DNA of 64,000 bases from a plasmid: sequence record NZ_CP024444.1; one strand, written 5' to 3'. A program made the position numbers and the translations under genes. This document shows, in pieces, positions 1 to 9,815 of the stretch. Every line of letters starts with the position of its first letter. Position 1 is the first letter of the stretch. Below the pieces are notes generated by a model, which searched no databases, was not told the DNA's origin, and saw nothing but the letters and a program-made list of their open reading frames with translations.

Positions 1-215
1 CCAAGTCTGCATGAATGTAGCGAGTATCGGGGTGAAACAAGCCATATAGAGCGTTGTAATGCGACTGTCCGGGCTAGAATGGGTCGGCTTGTTCGTAAGA
101 GCTTGAGTTTCTCTAAGCAACAAGCAATGCACATTTCTGCTATTCATGTTTTTATCAACAAGTATAATGTTCAAAAGGCTAATGAATATAGAAAACTTAC
201 TATTTAAACACCACC
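1..215 (+). mobile_element. IS1-family insertion sequence, right-hand part only (window begins inside it)
   Basis: Frame 1 of bases 1-207 reads ...IERCNATVRARMGRLVRKSLSFSKQQAMHISAIHVFINKYN-stop. This matches the C-terminal signature of IS1 InsB-type transposases (IERHN..R..LARLGRKSLSFSK). The terminus AAACACCACC at 206-215 mirrors the GGTGGTGTTT end of the IS1-family copy at 25114-25901. Confidence 0.7.
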
Positions 216-630
216 AACGCCCATCTGACGTAGTGCTGCTTAGTGTGGTAGCTGCGATATCTCGCCCGTCTGCTCGCCAGTAAACTGTTTGGCAAGCCTT
301 AAAGTCGTTATTCAAAAAGGTGATCGCATGCGCTGGCTTATACAAAATAACAATGGGAAAACTAACATCGTTTTCATTATGCCGACCTCGAAACCCAAGT
401 ATGCCATTATGCTTTTCAAACGCACCGCCAAACGCTCTAAAACCTATGGGGGTATTGCTATCTGTTGTGGTGCTAGTCTTCACGCGCTTGGTCTTAGGTT
501 TGGTGTTTTTTTTGCTTTTACTGGCGTGTGTCTTATTGCTGTGTGCTTTACTGGTTTTAGCCATCGCAGGCGTGCTGGCAATCATACCGATTAAAGCCAG
601 TGCTGTTATTAACTTGGTACTCAATTTCAT
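216..630 (-). CDS. hypothetical exported protein, 5-prime part (signal peptide MKLSTKLITALALIGMIASTPAMA, then a Lys/Thr-rich region); the frame continues into the IS1-family element, so it is probably insertionally disrupted
   Basis: The ATG at 630-628 overlaps the helicase stop (ATGA coupling). The frame stays open to the window edge, so it is missing from the ORF track. The competing + strand ORFs 289-594 and 320-646 show no supporting signals. Confidence 0.3.
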
Positions 631-2321
631 GCGCTTTCCCCCATAGAATTTTGATTGTCTTTTGATTTATCGGCATCGCCATCTTTAACGGTCAAATTGA
701 TATCACCAAGCTCTTTTAATAGCCAATCAAGACGGGCAACATACAGCTTTTTTCGTGCGCGTGTTAAGGTGACATACAACAGACGGTATTCTTCTTTGGT
801 CGTTGATTTACGCTTTTTGTCACTACTGCCCGAATCAAAAAAATGGTCTAAAAAGTCACCGTGTACCATCACCCGGTCCCACTCACACCCTTTACTGCGG
901 TGGGCGGTGGTAACAATTAGGTCAAACTCATTGCCGTCACTTGACTGAAAGTCGTCGATTTTGCTTAATTGGCAACGGGTTAATGCGCTTGAGATAATGT
1001 CGTACTCATACTGCTCAAGAATTTTCACGAACGGCACGATGGCTTGGTCACCAGGATAGTCTTCACAATACTGCTGAAGCTCACTATAGCTTTTAAATGA
1101 GCTAAGTAGGGGGTGCTTTAAGGGGCGTCTGCCTAATGAAAACTCGTGCAAATTATTAATCATGTCTAAGCATTCTTTGACATTGATGTTTTGTGGTTGG
1201 GCTTTTAACCCGTGCTTTTCATACTCAAGCAGGCATTCAAGCGCACCTAAGTTAGTACGGCAAAGCACCGCATCGATGTCTTTGGGTAGCTTATTGCTGC
1301 CATCAACCAGTGTTTCGGTGTCAGGAAGTCCCCTAAAGGTGTTAGCTTCGCCTAATCGGTCTAATATGGGCTGGCATGTTTTGGCAAGATTGTCGCCAAA
1401 GCGAAAAGATTGGGTTAAATAATATGACGGTAAGGGTAGGGCTTGCATGACGTTAATCGCGCCACGCCATGAATAGATTTGTTGGTGCGGATCGCCCACA
1501 TAAATCACTTGTACATGGCTAGGCTGTTTTAATAGCACGCCAAGCATAATGGGGTCGGCATCTTGTGCTTCATCAAACAAGATAAAATCGGCATCAATAA
1601 TCGGCTCACTATTCGCCCAATACTTTAAATAGACATTGTGATTATTGCCGATACCTAATTCATCAAACTCATTGGTGTATCGGTTCCATAAGATTTCAGC
1701 TAGGGGGAATAACCGTAGCACGATGTTTTTTTGGTCTTCTTCTATCACATCGGGTAATAACTCGCGTACCGCTTCAGCAATGTGACGTTCGGCTGGGTAT
1801 TTGGCTGCTGTCGACATGTACTTATCAAGCCCAGCATCAATAATACGTTTTTGGAAAAACCCACTAACCTTGGTCTTACCGTTTTTCTTCGGTGCACCCG
1901 GGGCAGGCGAGCTGAAGGTTCTTACACTAAAGTCTTTTAAATTGTAATGCGCGATAAAGTCTTTAGGGTGGAATGCCTGACCTTTAAGCTTATTTTTCAT
2001 CCAAGCTGGACATTGACTTAACGCTAAGGAATGAAAGGTGCAAGCATGGACACCAACAGGCATTTTTTGCTTGGCCTCTTTTGCGATATCTTTATTGAAA
2101 GCTAGGTATTTACCAACCTTTCTACTACCGTAACGGTTTGGTTGTTGGCATAGGGCGTGGGCGATTAATACTAGGGTGGAAGTCTTGCCGGACCCTGCCA
2201 GCGCAATGAGTTTAAGGCTATGACCCTCTAAAGCTGCATTTAATGCCGCTTGCTGTTCCGCTGTTGGTGGGAACTTGTTTTTTGAAGACATGTGATATCC
2301 ATTTGTGCCTATACTAGACAC
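627..2321 (-). CDS. UvrD/PcrA-like superfamily I DNA helicase
   Basis: N-terminal Walker A (LIALAGSGKTSTLV). DEAQD-like box (FILFDEAQDADP). C-terminal UvrD_C signature (LLYVTLTRARKKLYV). The listed start is a GTG at 2321; the real start is probably the ATG at 2291 (MSSKNKFPP...). Confidence 0.8.
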   Translation of the reverse strand: MSSIGTNGYHMSSKNKFPPTAEQQAALNAALEGHSLKLIALAGSGKTSTLVLIAHALCQQPNRYGSRKVGKYLAFNKDIAKEAKQKMPVGVHACTFHSLALSQCPAWMKNKLKGQAFHPKDFIAHYNLKDFSVRTFSSPAPGAPKKNGKTKVSGFFQKRIIDAGLDKYMSTAAKYPAERHIAEAVRELLPDVIEEDQKNIVLRLFPLAEILWNRYTNEFDELGIGNNHNVYLKYWANSEPIIDADFILFDEAQDADPIMLGVLLKQPSHVQVIYVGDPHQQIYSWRGAINVMQALPLPSYYLTQSFRFGDNLAKTCQPILDRLGEANTFRGLPDTETLVDGSNKLPKDIDAVLCRTNLGALECLLEYEKHGLKAQPQNINVKECLDMINNLHEFSLGRRPLKHPLLSSFKSYSELQQYCEDYPGDQAIVPFVKILEQYEYDIISSALTRCQLSKIDDFQSSDGNEFDLIVTTAHRSKGCEWDRVMVHGDFLDHFFDSGSSDKKRKSTTKEEYRLLYVTLTRARKKLYVARLDWLLKELGDINLTVKDGDADKSKDNQNSMGESA

Positions 2322-2324
2322 AGC

Positions 2325-2340
2325 TTATTCGCTAATAATT
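2325..2340 (-). promoter_or_regulatory. copy of the recurrent backbone motif (rc = AATTATTAGCGAATAA), 34 nt upstream of the helicase ATG
   Basis: Seen directly in sequence; one of at least 11 occurrences listed in the findings. Confidence 0.5.
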
Positions 2341-2424
2341 AATACAATACCAAAATGGTCTTTTGATATATAAAGAGGCTAACGCCTTGATATGGTTGGT
2401 GTTACGCACACCGATAAAAAACGC

Positions 2425-2895
2425 TTAATTAATTTTATCAAAGTTGGTTAACAATTCATACCAACATTTGTCTGACCCATCAAACTCACTATTGGTGAGT
2501 AATTGACGTAGCTTACCGTTTTTCATATTAGCCAGTGCCGAGCTATGTTGTTCGGTAAATGTATCGAGATCAAACGGGGTTTGGGTAGTATCAAGTAGAG
2601 TCACCTGTTCTGCGATGATTTCATCGATGATAATGCGCTTACCCTTAACTTTCATGTCACGTTTTAATAATTTACCAATGACCCGTACCCAACAATCACG
2701 GGTTAACTGCGCTAAACTTATCTCGTCACCCAGCCTATCTAGGTAGATGTAAACCCGATGGATTTGATGGCAGTCTTCATGGAAAAAACTGGTTTCTTCA
2801 ATTTGGACTAAAGCCATTTCACCATAGGGTGTATCTTGACAAACAGGGTTCCCGATAAGTTTGCCTTGAAGAACAAACATTTGGAAACTTTTCAT
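2425..2895 (-). CDS. OB-fold single-strand DNA-binding-like protein (SSB/PriB-like)
   Basis: 156 aa. The pattern FVLQGKLIGNPV...GEMALVQIE...HRVYIYLDRLGDEISLAQLTRDCWVRVIGKL resembles SSB/PriB OB folds. It sits in an operon position next to the helicase. Confidence 0.4.
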   Translation of the reverse strand: MKSFQMFVLQGKLIGNPVCQDTPYGEMALVQIEETSFFHEDCHQIHRVYIYLDRLGDEISLAQLTRDCWVRVIGKLLKRDMKVKGKRIIIDEIIAEQVTLLDTTQTPFDLDTFTEQHSSALANMKNGKLRQLLTNSEFDGSDKCWYELLTNFDKIN

Positions 2896-2970
2896 GCGCT
2901 ATACCTACTAACTGACACAGTTTAATGATATTATCATATTTATAGTGGGTTAAACTCACTCTTGATTTCT

Positions 2971-2984
2971 TTTAGCGAATAAAA
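2971..2984 (+). promoter_or_regulatory. copy of the recurrent motif (TTTAGCGAATAAAA) upstream of the Toprim gene
   Basis: Seen in sequence; it is followed by the SD GAGGT and the ATG at 3003. Confidence 0.5.
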
Positions 2985-2996
2985 TCATCACGAGGT

Positions 2997-5651
2997 TTGA
3001 TTATGTGCCCTGCGCCTGTTCAATCTAAGCCAAAGACTACCTATGTCATGACGCCTGAACAACAAGCCGTTCAGGATGCCAGGGACAAATTTTTTGATAC
3101 GCATAAAGGTATCAATCCTGTGTTTTTAAAAGCCTGCCTGACACGCGAAGATTTAGCTGAAGCCATGAGTGCTAAATTGTTTGCTGAAGCTGGCGTGATT
3201 ATCAGCTCTGATAAATTACTTGTTGGCGGTACCTTTAAAAAAGAAGTGGATGTTGTCAATTCCGATGGGAAAACCATATTGGGTTCTAAGGACCGTAAAG
3301 GCTTCGTCAAAGCCAGTGTTGAAGGGGGATGTGGTTATTACGCCCAAAACCATGCAACAGGTGAAGAAATCCGTGGTAGCCTTACTATCGACGACGTTGA
3401 CCAATACTTATCAAGCTTTAGTAAATCTGACTTGGATGACCGCGGTTGGCTACGTTCACACTTGGTAATCAATAAAGTTGGCTCAAAAGCCTCGCCCGAA
3501 CGTTCTAATCAAGCCAGTTTATCAAGAGAACAAATTGAAGCAGAACGCTTAAGAAGAGAACAAGAAGAGGCAATTTTGCAACGTGGCAGACAAGATAATG
3601 CAGCTCGCCTATGTCAAACACGCTTTGCTACCGCGCAGCAAAACCGCTTAAACTTCACCTCTAATCAACCCGACGTTCATATCCCAATGCATGGCAATCA
3701 TCAGTACCTAGTCGACAAATATGACTACTTTTTGCCAAACATTGAGCCGTACCTACAAAACACCTTAATTGAAAAAAACAATAGACCGATACATGAGCAA
3801 GTGCTACTGGTACCAGGCTATCGTTCGAGTGATGATAAGCTCATTAATATTCAGCCTATCCAAGTGAGTATGGAGGGTGATAAATATGAGTATAAATCCA
3901 ACGGCAAATACAAATATTCAAAGAAAAACACCCCGAATGCCGAAAAAACAGGGATGTATCATCCTGTCTTTAATCACCCAACCAATGACACTGAAATCAT
4001 TTTGGCAGGCGAGGGGTTAACCTCTGCCGCTGCATTCGCGATTGGCATGGATGTATTAAATGACCCAAACAAAGATAAGATTGCGGTGATTTCGGTGTTT
4101 GATGCCAATAACGCCTTTCCAACCCTAAAAACAATGGCGGAACGTTTCCCAAATGCCACCATTATTTATGCCACTGACAATGACTTGCATAAATACAATC
4201 AAGCAGCTGCCGAAGGACGCACCATTAGAAATGCCGGGCTTGATGCCGCGAACAAGCTTGAAACAATTGGTATTCCATCGGTTACCCCTGATATTAGCTT
4301 GTTGCACAACGGGCAAAGTGACTGGGATGATGTGTTGGCAAATATCCGTGATACATTAACAGAACGAAACGGCTCGCCAGCAAGCTTTGATGAAACCATG
4401 CAATATTTTCAGCCATTGGTTCAGCAAACTATGCAGCAAACCCTAGAGAACTTCAAACAGCGTCTAGCGCAAATCAATAGTGAACTACAGCAAAATGCTG
4501 GCGTGTCGAACGAAACAGTCAACCAAGCCCAAGAGCAGTACCAAGCACAGCAAACCCAACAACACCAACAAGAAAAAGTTGCAGATATGCTAAATCCATC
4601 AATCCCTGAACGTTCAATTACCGACGATATTGTATTGGCAGCATCCAATGTGAACTTTAAAAAATTACTTGTGAATGTCATGGACACACTTAAAGAATAC
4701 CCACCAACGCAGCATTGGTCAAATGAGCTCGATGGTTCAATTACGCTACTCAATCAAATGCCAATCGATCCTGATATTTCAAAAAAACACACTCAAAAAG
4801 AGTTAGCTCAAGCCAGCCGTAACACTCTTGAAAGTTTTGCTAAACTCATTACCGCTGGTACCACGCATAACTACGATGGCATTGATAACCGTCAATTGGT
4901 TGCAACCATTGGTGACCAACATTGGGTGCAATACGGTGGCGTGAACCCAAAATACGTTGAAGCATTTAATTCAGCAGTTGACAATGTAGCCAACAACACC
5001 GCACAACAGCCGTCCCAATTTGATAAACCAAAATGGCTTGGCTTGTTGCAAGATGCCATTGCTGACAAGATTATCGAAACAGCCAACGCGATGGGACAAC
5101 CCGTCCCGGCAACCAATGCGCCATTAAACACCCAAACCCACCAAAGACAAGTCGATTCCAATACCGCCTATATGTTTCGTGAGTCTTTAAAAGACCATCA
5201 GTTCGCTAATGGGGTAGATTTTTTGGTAGGCAAGCTTCAAGTTGATGGTAAGTACGAACCAACGCAAGTTGAGCAACTAAGGCAAGCAATCACCCAAACC
5301 ATTGAGTACCATAAAAGCCAGCCAGCCACATTCCCACGTCGAGAGTCATTAGTTGAAGCATCCTCTTCGCTGGCGAGTATGTTATCAGCTGGCATCAATG
5401 ATAAAGAAAAACTGATTGCCGATATTAATACACAAATGCCTGTATTGCCAAAATACAAAAACTCGTTTATCTCAACTATCCAACGTGAGATTACCCAGCC
5501 TTTACAAGCGTCTAATCAGCACTTGCCAAGTTGGACTCAAGCCTTTATTCATGAGCAACCACAACAGCAAGCAAGCTTACAAGCACATCAACAGGCGACA
5601 AATGATAAAAAAAAGGACTTAACCTCGACAGCTAATGACTTAGCACTTTAA
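2997..5651 (+). CDS. Toprim-domain protein, putative plasmid/ICE-type DNA primase
   Basis: 884 aa. Toprim motifs ILAGEG...(E) and ATDNDLHKYNQAAAEGRTIRNAGLDAANKL (DxD, then an AG..AA..K tail as in DnaG/phage primases). No Walker A, so it is not OLD-family. The C-terminal region is Gln-rich. The true start is probably the ATG at 3003. Confidence 0.6.
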   Translation: MIMCPAPVQSKPKTTYVMTPEQQAVQDARDKFFDTHKGINPVFLKACLTREDLAEAMSAKLFAEAGVIISSDKLLVGGTFKKEVDVVNSDGKTILGSKDRKGFVKASVEGGCGYYAQNHATGEEIRGSLTIDDVDQYLSSFSKSDLDDRGWLRSHLVINKVGSKASPERSNQASLSREQIEAERLRREQEEAILQRGRQDNAARLCQTRFATAQQNRLNFTSNQPDVHIPMHGNHQYLVDKYDYFLPNIEPYLQNTLIEKNNRPIHEQVLLVPGYRSSDDKLINIQPIQVSMEGDKYEYKSNGKYKYSKKNTPNAEKTGMYHPVFNHPTNDTEIILAGEGLTSAAAFAIGMDVLNDPNKDKIAVISVFDANNAFPTLKTMAERFPNATIIYATDNDLHKYNQAAAEGRTIRNAGLDAANKLETIGIPSVTPDISLLHNGQSDWDDVLANIRDTLTERNGSPASFDETMQYFQPLVQQTMQQTLENFKQRLAQINSELQQNAGVSNETVNQAQEQYQAQQTQQHQQEKVADMLNPSIPERSITDDIVLAASNVNFKKLLVNVMDTLKEYPPTQHWSNELDGSITLLNQMPIDPDISKKHTQKELAQASRNTLESFAKLITAGTTHNYDGIDNRQLVATIGDQHWVQYGGVNPKYVEAFNSAVDNVANNTAQQPSQFDKPKWLGLLQDAIADKIIETANAMGQPVPATNAPLNTQTHQRQVDSNTAYMFRESLKDHQFANGVDFLVGKLQVDGKYEPTQVEQLRQAITQTIEYHKSQPATFPRRESLVEASSSLASMLSAGINDKEKLIADINTQMPVLPKYKNSFISTIQREITQPLQASNQHLPSWTQAFIHEQPQQQASLQAHQQATNDKKKDLTSTANDLAL

Positions 5652-5805
5652 ATAGTGTAAATATTTGCAATTAAGCACTATATATAGTTGACTATTGCCT
5701 ACCTAATATCTATACTTCATATAACACAGGTTATGTGTGCGTTATAAATAATAGTGCTCTCTCGACAAGTGCAGTATTTAAATCTTGCTAAGTAATTATA
5801 AAGTA

Positions 5806-5840
5806 AAGGCCCTGATTATCAGGGCTTTTGCTTTTTTTTT
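5806..5840 (+). terminator. rho-independent terminator after the Toprim gene
   Basis: GC stem GCCCTGA..TCAGGGC followed by a T-run of about 15. Confidence 0.6.
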
Positions 5841-5992
5841 GCCTCTAAATAATATAAAATCACTGTTAACATTTATGGGCTTTTGTAAGAATTTGCTAAG
5901 TAAATAAATAAAGAAAAGTCAAACTATTGACAATGGGTGTTATTGTTTATACAATCCTATTATCAAAAAATTGTTATCAGTGAAGGTGACGC

Positions 5993-6985
5993 ATGTTATC
6001 GCTTAGTGAATCAACAGCTCAATACTTTAGATGGTCGTTGTTGAGCCACATCATATTCCCATCCCCAGCAAATTCATCGCCAATTTGCTTGGAATCGCGT
6101 GCTGAAAAAATGTTTAAGCACTTTACCAACATGCAGATTACTTTTCTTGCTGACGAAACAGAAAATAATTCACATTACAAAATCAGCGACAATGAAGTGC
6201 GTTATGCCATTGCGTATGCCAAGCATTATGTATTAGAAAGTGGGGAAGTGGTAATACCTGATTTATTGACCCCAAAAGATATGCTGCGCAACTTGTCGCC
6301 GCTGGCAGAACACTGCTATAAGATTTATGAGTTTATCTCACATCTTTCAGCGCAGTTGACCAGTTTTGATATTGTGTTTACTGGACAAGATAAACGAACA
6401 GGTGAGCAACTTATTAACTCATTTAATATCGATAATATTGAAGGGTTAAAAGATTTTGCGAAAGATATGTTCATGTATTATTTGGTGTCCGAAGTAACCC
6501 AAATGCACCCGGTAATGGATGGTATTCAACCTGTCTTATTTGAGAATATCTCAATGAAAGACATGTTAAAGTCAATGTCTTCCGGCATTATCTACCCATT
6601 AGTATCTATTTTGTCCCTGCTTGAAGCAAATAATTGTTCGGCTGCACGAATTGATGTTACCGATGGGGTTTATTACTTCACATTGGTTAATCGCCAAGTG
6701 CTTTCACTTACTGTGCTATCACATGAAAATCAATCGATGTTGATTGAACTACGTGAAGATGACACTTGCAGTAATCAGGTTGGCATTTTCACCAAATTCT
6801 TGAAGCCAGCTGGCGTGGTGCCTGTTGATAAGACATCTGCAGGCTATGAAGCCAAACAATTTCAGAACCAACGTGTGTATGTGTTGAGCTACTCGGTCTT
6901 AACCAATATCATCAAGTATGATTATGTCACTACCATGCCTAAGCTTAACTACTACCGCTTATTAAATAACATTAAATATCGTTAA
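5993..6985 (+). CDS. hypothetical protein
   Basis: 330-aa ORF with no recognisable motifs. The start is uncertain; a later Met is possible. Confidence 0.45.
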   Translation: MLSLSESTAQYFRWSLLSHIIFPSPANSSPICLESRAEKMFKHFTNMQITFLADETENNSHYKISDNEVRYAIAYAKHYVLESGEVVIPDLLTPKDMLRNLSPLAEHCYKIYEFISHLSAQLTSFDIVFTGQDKRTGEQLINSFNIDNIEGLKDFAKDMFMYYLVSEVTQMHPVMDGIQPVLFENISMKDMLKSMSSGIIYPLVSILSLLEANNCSAARIDVTDGVYYFTLVNRQVLSLTVLSHENQSMLIELREDDTCSNQVGIFTKFLKPAGVVPVDKTSAGYEAKQFQNQRVYVLSYSVLTNIIKYDYVTTMPKLNYYRLLNNIKYR

Positions 6986-7007
6986 TTCTAAGCGGATAGG
7001 GCACGCA

Positions 7008-7466
7008 ATGAATAAATCAAGTAATAATCTTCAATCTGAACAGGTTGAAGATTTGCCTGCTTCAAAGCTTGTAGATCGAAATAACTTTTTCATAAACAAT
7101 GTGGTCAAGTATATCCTAATTGCGCTTACCGTTATCGTATTGATTGGTTGGTACTATCTATCCAAAAACCCAGCAATGCAAAAGCCGACAGTTAATGAAG
7201 CCTCCATTAAAATATCTCAATGGGTTGAAATAACCCAAAAGAATAAAACCACTTCAAACCTAACCATGCATTTTTCAGGCTGTTTCCCGGTCAGTGTTGA
7301 GAAGACGCCTGATTTTTTAATCTCTAATACCATCGCTATGGCGAATGAATTGTCTAAAGACTATAAGTTCAATGCGGCAGATAGTGAAGCTGTGATCCAA
7401 AACTTCTACGATAGTAAAAATTGTGCCAATGCGCCAGTTTCATCTATGATTTACGTGAACGAGTAG
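7008..7466 (+). CDS. hypothetical membrane-anchored protein
   Basis: 152 aa. One N-proximal TM helix (YILIALTVIVLIGWYYL). 22-nt spacing to the upstream gene. Confidence 0.45.
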   Translation: MNKSSNNLQSEQVEDLPASKLVDRNNFFINNVVKYILIALTVIVLIGWYYLSKNPAMQKPTVNEASIKISQWVEITQKNKTTSNLTMHFSGCFPVSVEKTPDFLISNTIAMANELSKDYKFNAADSEAVIQNFYDSKNCANAPVSSMIYVNE

Positions 7467-7837
7467 GATGGTGGTTGTCTTTACTGGCTGGCATGGTTTA
7501 TTTAGCAAGCGCAGCAGGGTAGAGTGGGGGTTATGAATGTTCCGGTGGACATTTTGACAGTCGGGAAGAGTAGGGATTTTCTATTTTGCTCAAAAACCCC
7601 TTTATTTTCGATTTTAGTCAAAGCCAATAGTAAGCTATTAATATTTCCCAATCACTAATAAAGCTAAAATAAGCGCATTTTAGCCTTTTTTGTCATTATT
7701 GAATAAAAAACGGTATTGTTTTACCATTTTGCCTTTCTTGATTTGCTCGTAATTTACCATGATGCCCATTGTTTGTTGAAGTTCATTGATTGCTTTGTCT
7801 AGGACGTGAACCCGAAAGTCATAGTTACGGCTATATA

Positions 7838-7875
7838 GGGGTCGTTTGCGGGAGAGGGCGAAATCCTACGCTAAG
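7838..7875. repeat. Tn5393 (Tn3-family) 38-bp terminal inverted repeat downstream of strB
   Basis: GGGGTCGTTTGCGGGAGAGGGCGAAATCCTACGCTAAGG matches the Tn5393 IR as I remember it. The flanking sequence changes in character (higher GC begins here). Confidence 0.6.
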
Positions 7876-7943
7876 GCTTTGGCCAACGATATTCTCCGGT
7901 AAGATTGATGTGTTCCCAGGGGATAGGAGAAGTCGCTTGATAT

Positions 7944-8789
7944 CTAGTATGACGTCTGTCGCACCTGCTTGATCGCGGCCGCGATAGCTAGATCGCGTTG
8001 CTCCTCTTCTCCATCCGCGTTCCAAGCTGCGGAAAGGCACCCATAAGCGTACGCCTGGTCGAGCAGGCGACGCGGATCGACGTCCAGCGCACGAGAGAAT
8101 GCGTCCGCCATCTGTGCAATGCGTCTAGGATCGAGACAAAGGTCGTCTCTGTCAGCCGGATCGTAGAACATATTGGCGGCGCCAAAGCCCACTTCACCGA
8201 CCAGACCGACGGGATCTATCACCAGCCAGCCGCGACTGGAGAACATGATGTTTTCATGATGCAGATCGCCATGTAGCCCACGCAGTTCCGAGGCATTGCT
8301 CATCATTTGATCGGCTATAATCGCCGCGTGGACGTAGTCAGTTTGACAACCTGCGTTTTGATCATCGCGCGCCCGCTGAAACAAAGCTGCAAAGCGATCC
8401 CGGATCGGGAGAAGGGCAGAAGGCAGGGGTTCCTCAGATGCGGCATACAGCTTCGCCATTAGTTCCGCTGCAATTTCGGTCGCCTGGTAGTCGCCGTGCT
8501 CGGCAACGATGTGAGAGAGCATTCGCTCCCCGGCATATTCGAGCAACATCAGATTGTTCTCACGACCGAGCAACCGGACTGCTCCCCTCCCATTGCGCCA
8601 TACCAGATAGTCGGCCCCGCGCAGTTCATCAGCAATGTCTTCTATAGGTTTCAATCCCTTGACGATTGCAGGAGTCCCGTCTGGCAATGAAACTTTCCAA
8701 ACGAGGCTGGAAAAGGTGTCCGCAATGAGAACAGGTTGCGAAACGTGCCAATGAGCAGGAAAAACAGGCGGCATGAACATCAACCCCAA
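7944..8789 (-). CDS. strB: aminoglycoside 6-phosphotransferase APH(6)-Id (streptomycin resistance)
   Basis: Matches StrB essentially residue for residue as far as I recall it (MFMPPVFPAHWHVSQPVLIADTFSSLVWKVSLPDGTPAIVKGLKP...). The listed start is about 3 codons upstream of the usual Met. Confidence 0.97.
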   Translation of the reverse strand: MGLMFMPPVFPAHWHVSQPVLIADTFSSLVWKVSLPDGTPAIVKGLKPIEDIADELRGADYLVWRNGRGAVRLLGRENNLMLLEYAGERMLSHIVAEHGDYQATEIAAELMAKLYAASEEPLPSALLPIRDRFAALFQRARDDQNAGCQTDYVHAAIIADQMMSNASELRGLHGDLHHENIMFSSRGWLVIDPVGLVGEVGFGAANMFYDPADRDDLCLDPRRIAQMADAFSRALDVDPRRLLDQAYAYGCLSAAWNADGEEEQRDLAIAAAIKQVRQTSY

Positions 8790-9583
8790 GTCAGAGGGTC
8801 CAATCGCAGATAGAAGGCAAGGCGTTCGCGGTCGGGGGCTTCGATCCCCAATACATTGAATAGGACAGCGAAGGCGCGCTCTGCTTCATCTGGCGCTGCC
8901 CAGTTCTCTTCGGCGTTAGCAATCATGAGTGCCAAATCGGCATAGCGATCTGCTGTTCCGAGCCGCCCAAGGTCGATCAGACCCGTGCATTGAAGAGTTT
9001 TAGGGTCCACCATGAAGTTCGGCATGCAGGGATCACCATGGCAAACAACCATATCGGTGCGCTCTTGGTCGAGCCGCACCGGTAGCTCTCGTTCGACACG
9101 AGCCAAAAGATCGAGCTGCGGCGTACTCTTGTCCTCGTCCGGTAAGAAGTCGGGATTGACGGCATTGCGGGACACCACATCAACGGCGCGTCCGAACATT
9201 CGCGACAGCCTGCGCTCAAACGGACATTGATCAACCGATAGGCTGTGAACAGCGCCAAGTTGCTGCCCCATTGACGGCCACGCTTTGAGCAAATCCGCTC
9301 CAGACAGATCAGCCGCCGGTACTCCCGGAATTGCCGTTATCACCAAGCATGCACCCTCCTGTTCCTCCTGCCAGTTGATCACCTCGGGGCAAGCCACACC
9401 TCGACCTTTGAGCCAAATGAGGCGGTCACGCTCTCCAGCGAGCTCACCGCGGCGGGAAGCAGGTGCGATTTTCGCGAAGGCATGCCCGTCACCACGTCGA
9501 AAAACAAAATCACCAGATTCTCCGCCTCTGACAGGCAACCAGTCAGAATGCGATTCACCAAAAAAAATATTAGTTCGATTCAA
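8780..9583 (-). CDS. strA: aminoglycoside 3''-phosphotransferase APH(3'')-Ib (streptomycin resistance)
   Basis: Matches StrA as I recall it (MNRTNIFFGESHSDWLPVRGGESGDFVFRRGDGHAFAKIAPASRRGELAGERDRLIWLKGRGVACPEV...). It overlaps strB by 10 nt, as in Tn5393/RSF1010. Confidence 0.97.
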   Translation of the reverse strand: MNRTNIFFGESHSDWLPVRGGESGDFVFRRGDGHAFAKIAPASRRGELAGERDRLIWLKGRGVACPEVINWQEEQEGACLVITAIPGVPAADLSGADLLKAWPSMGQQLGAVHSLSVDQCPFERRLSRMFGRAVDVVSRNAVNPDFLPDEDKSTPQLDLLARVERELPVRLDQERTDMVVCHGDPCMPNFMVDPKTLQCTGLIDLGRLGTADRYADLALMIANAEENWAAPDEAERAFAVLFNVLGIEAPDRERLAFYLRLDPLTWG

Positions 9584-9815
9584 TGGAGGTTCCTTCAGTT
9601 TTCTGATGAAGCGCGGAGGTGGCTCATTTGTCTTTTCTCAACAACAACAAAATAATTTTATGGGGTAAAGGGGTATCCCCTTTCGGACTTCCAAACTTAA
9701 TGAAATTAGTTTGGTAAAGTGCGCCATTCTGGAAAACCATTATAGCTTAGGAAGGCATTGAATCTCAATGGCAGGTATCCTATGCTTGAATGGTTTTTTA
9801 GGTATGGGAATTACA

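Noticed and set aside
289-646. Plus-strand ORFs 289-594 (101 aa) and 320-646 (108 aa).
   Set aside because: They overlap each other and a better-supported minus-strand ORF with a signal peptide and ATGA coupling to the helicase. They have no RBS and a hydrophobic/low-complexity translation typical of antisense frames.
627-5651. Gabija-like defence pair (UvrD-like helicase + Toprim protein).
   Set aside because: GajA-type proteins need an N-terminal ABC/OLD ATPase domain. The 884-aa Toprim protein has no Walker A/B, its Toprim resembles primase-type, and an SSB-like gene lies between the two. A replication/primase reading fits better.
9012-9668. ORFs 9012-9230, 9285-9668 and 9379-9561 within or next to strA.
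   Set aside because: Antisense or overlapping frames inside a well-known gene (strA). Arg/Ser-rich translations typical of high-GC antisense frames.
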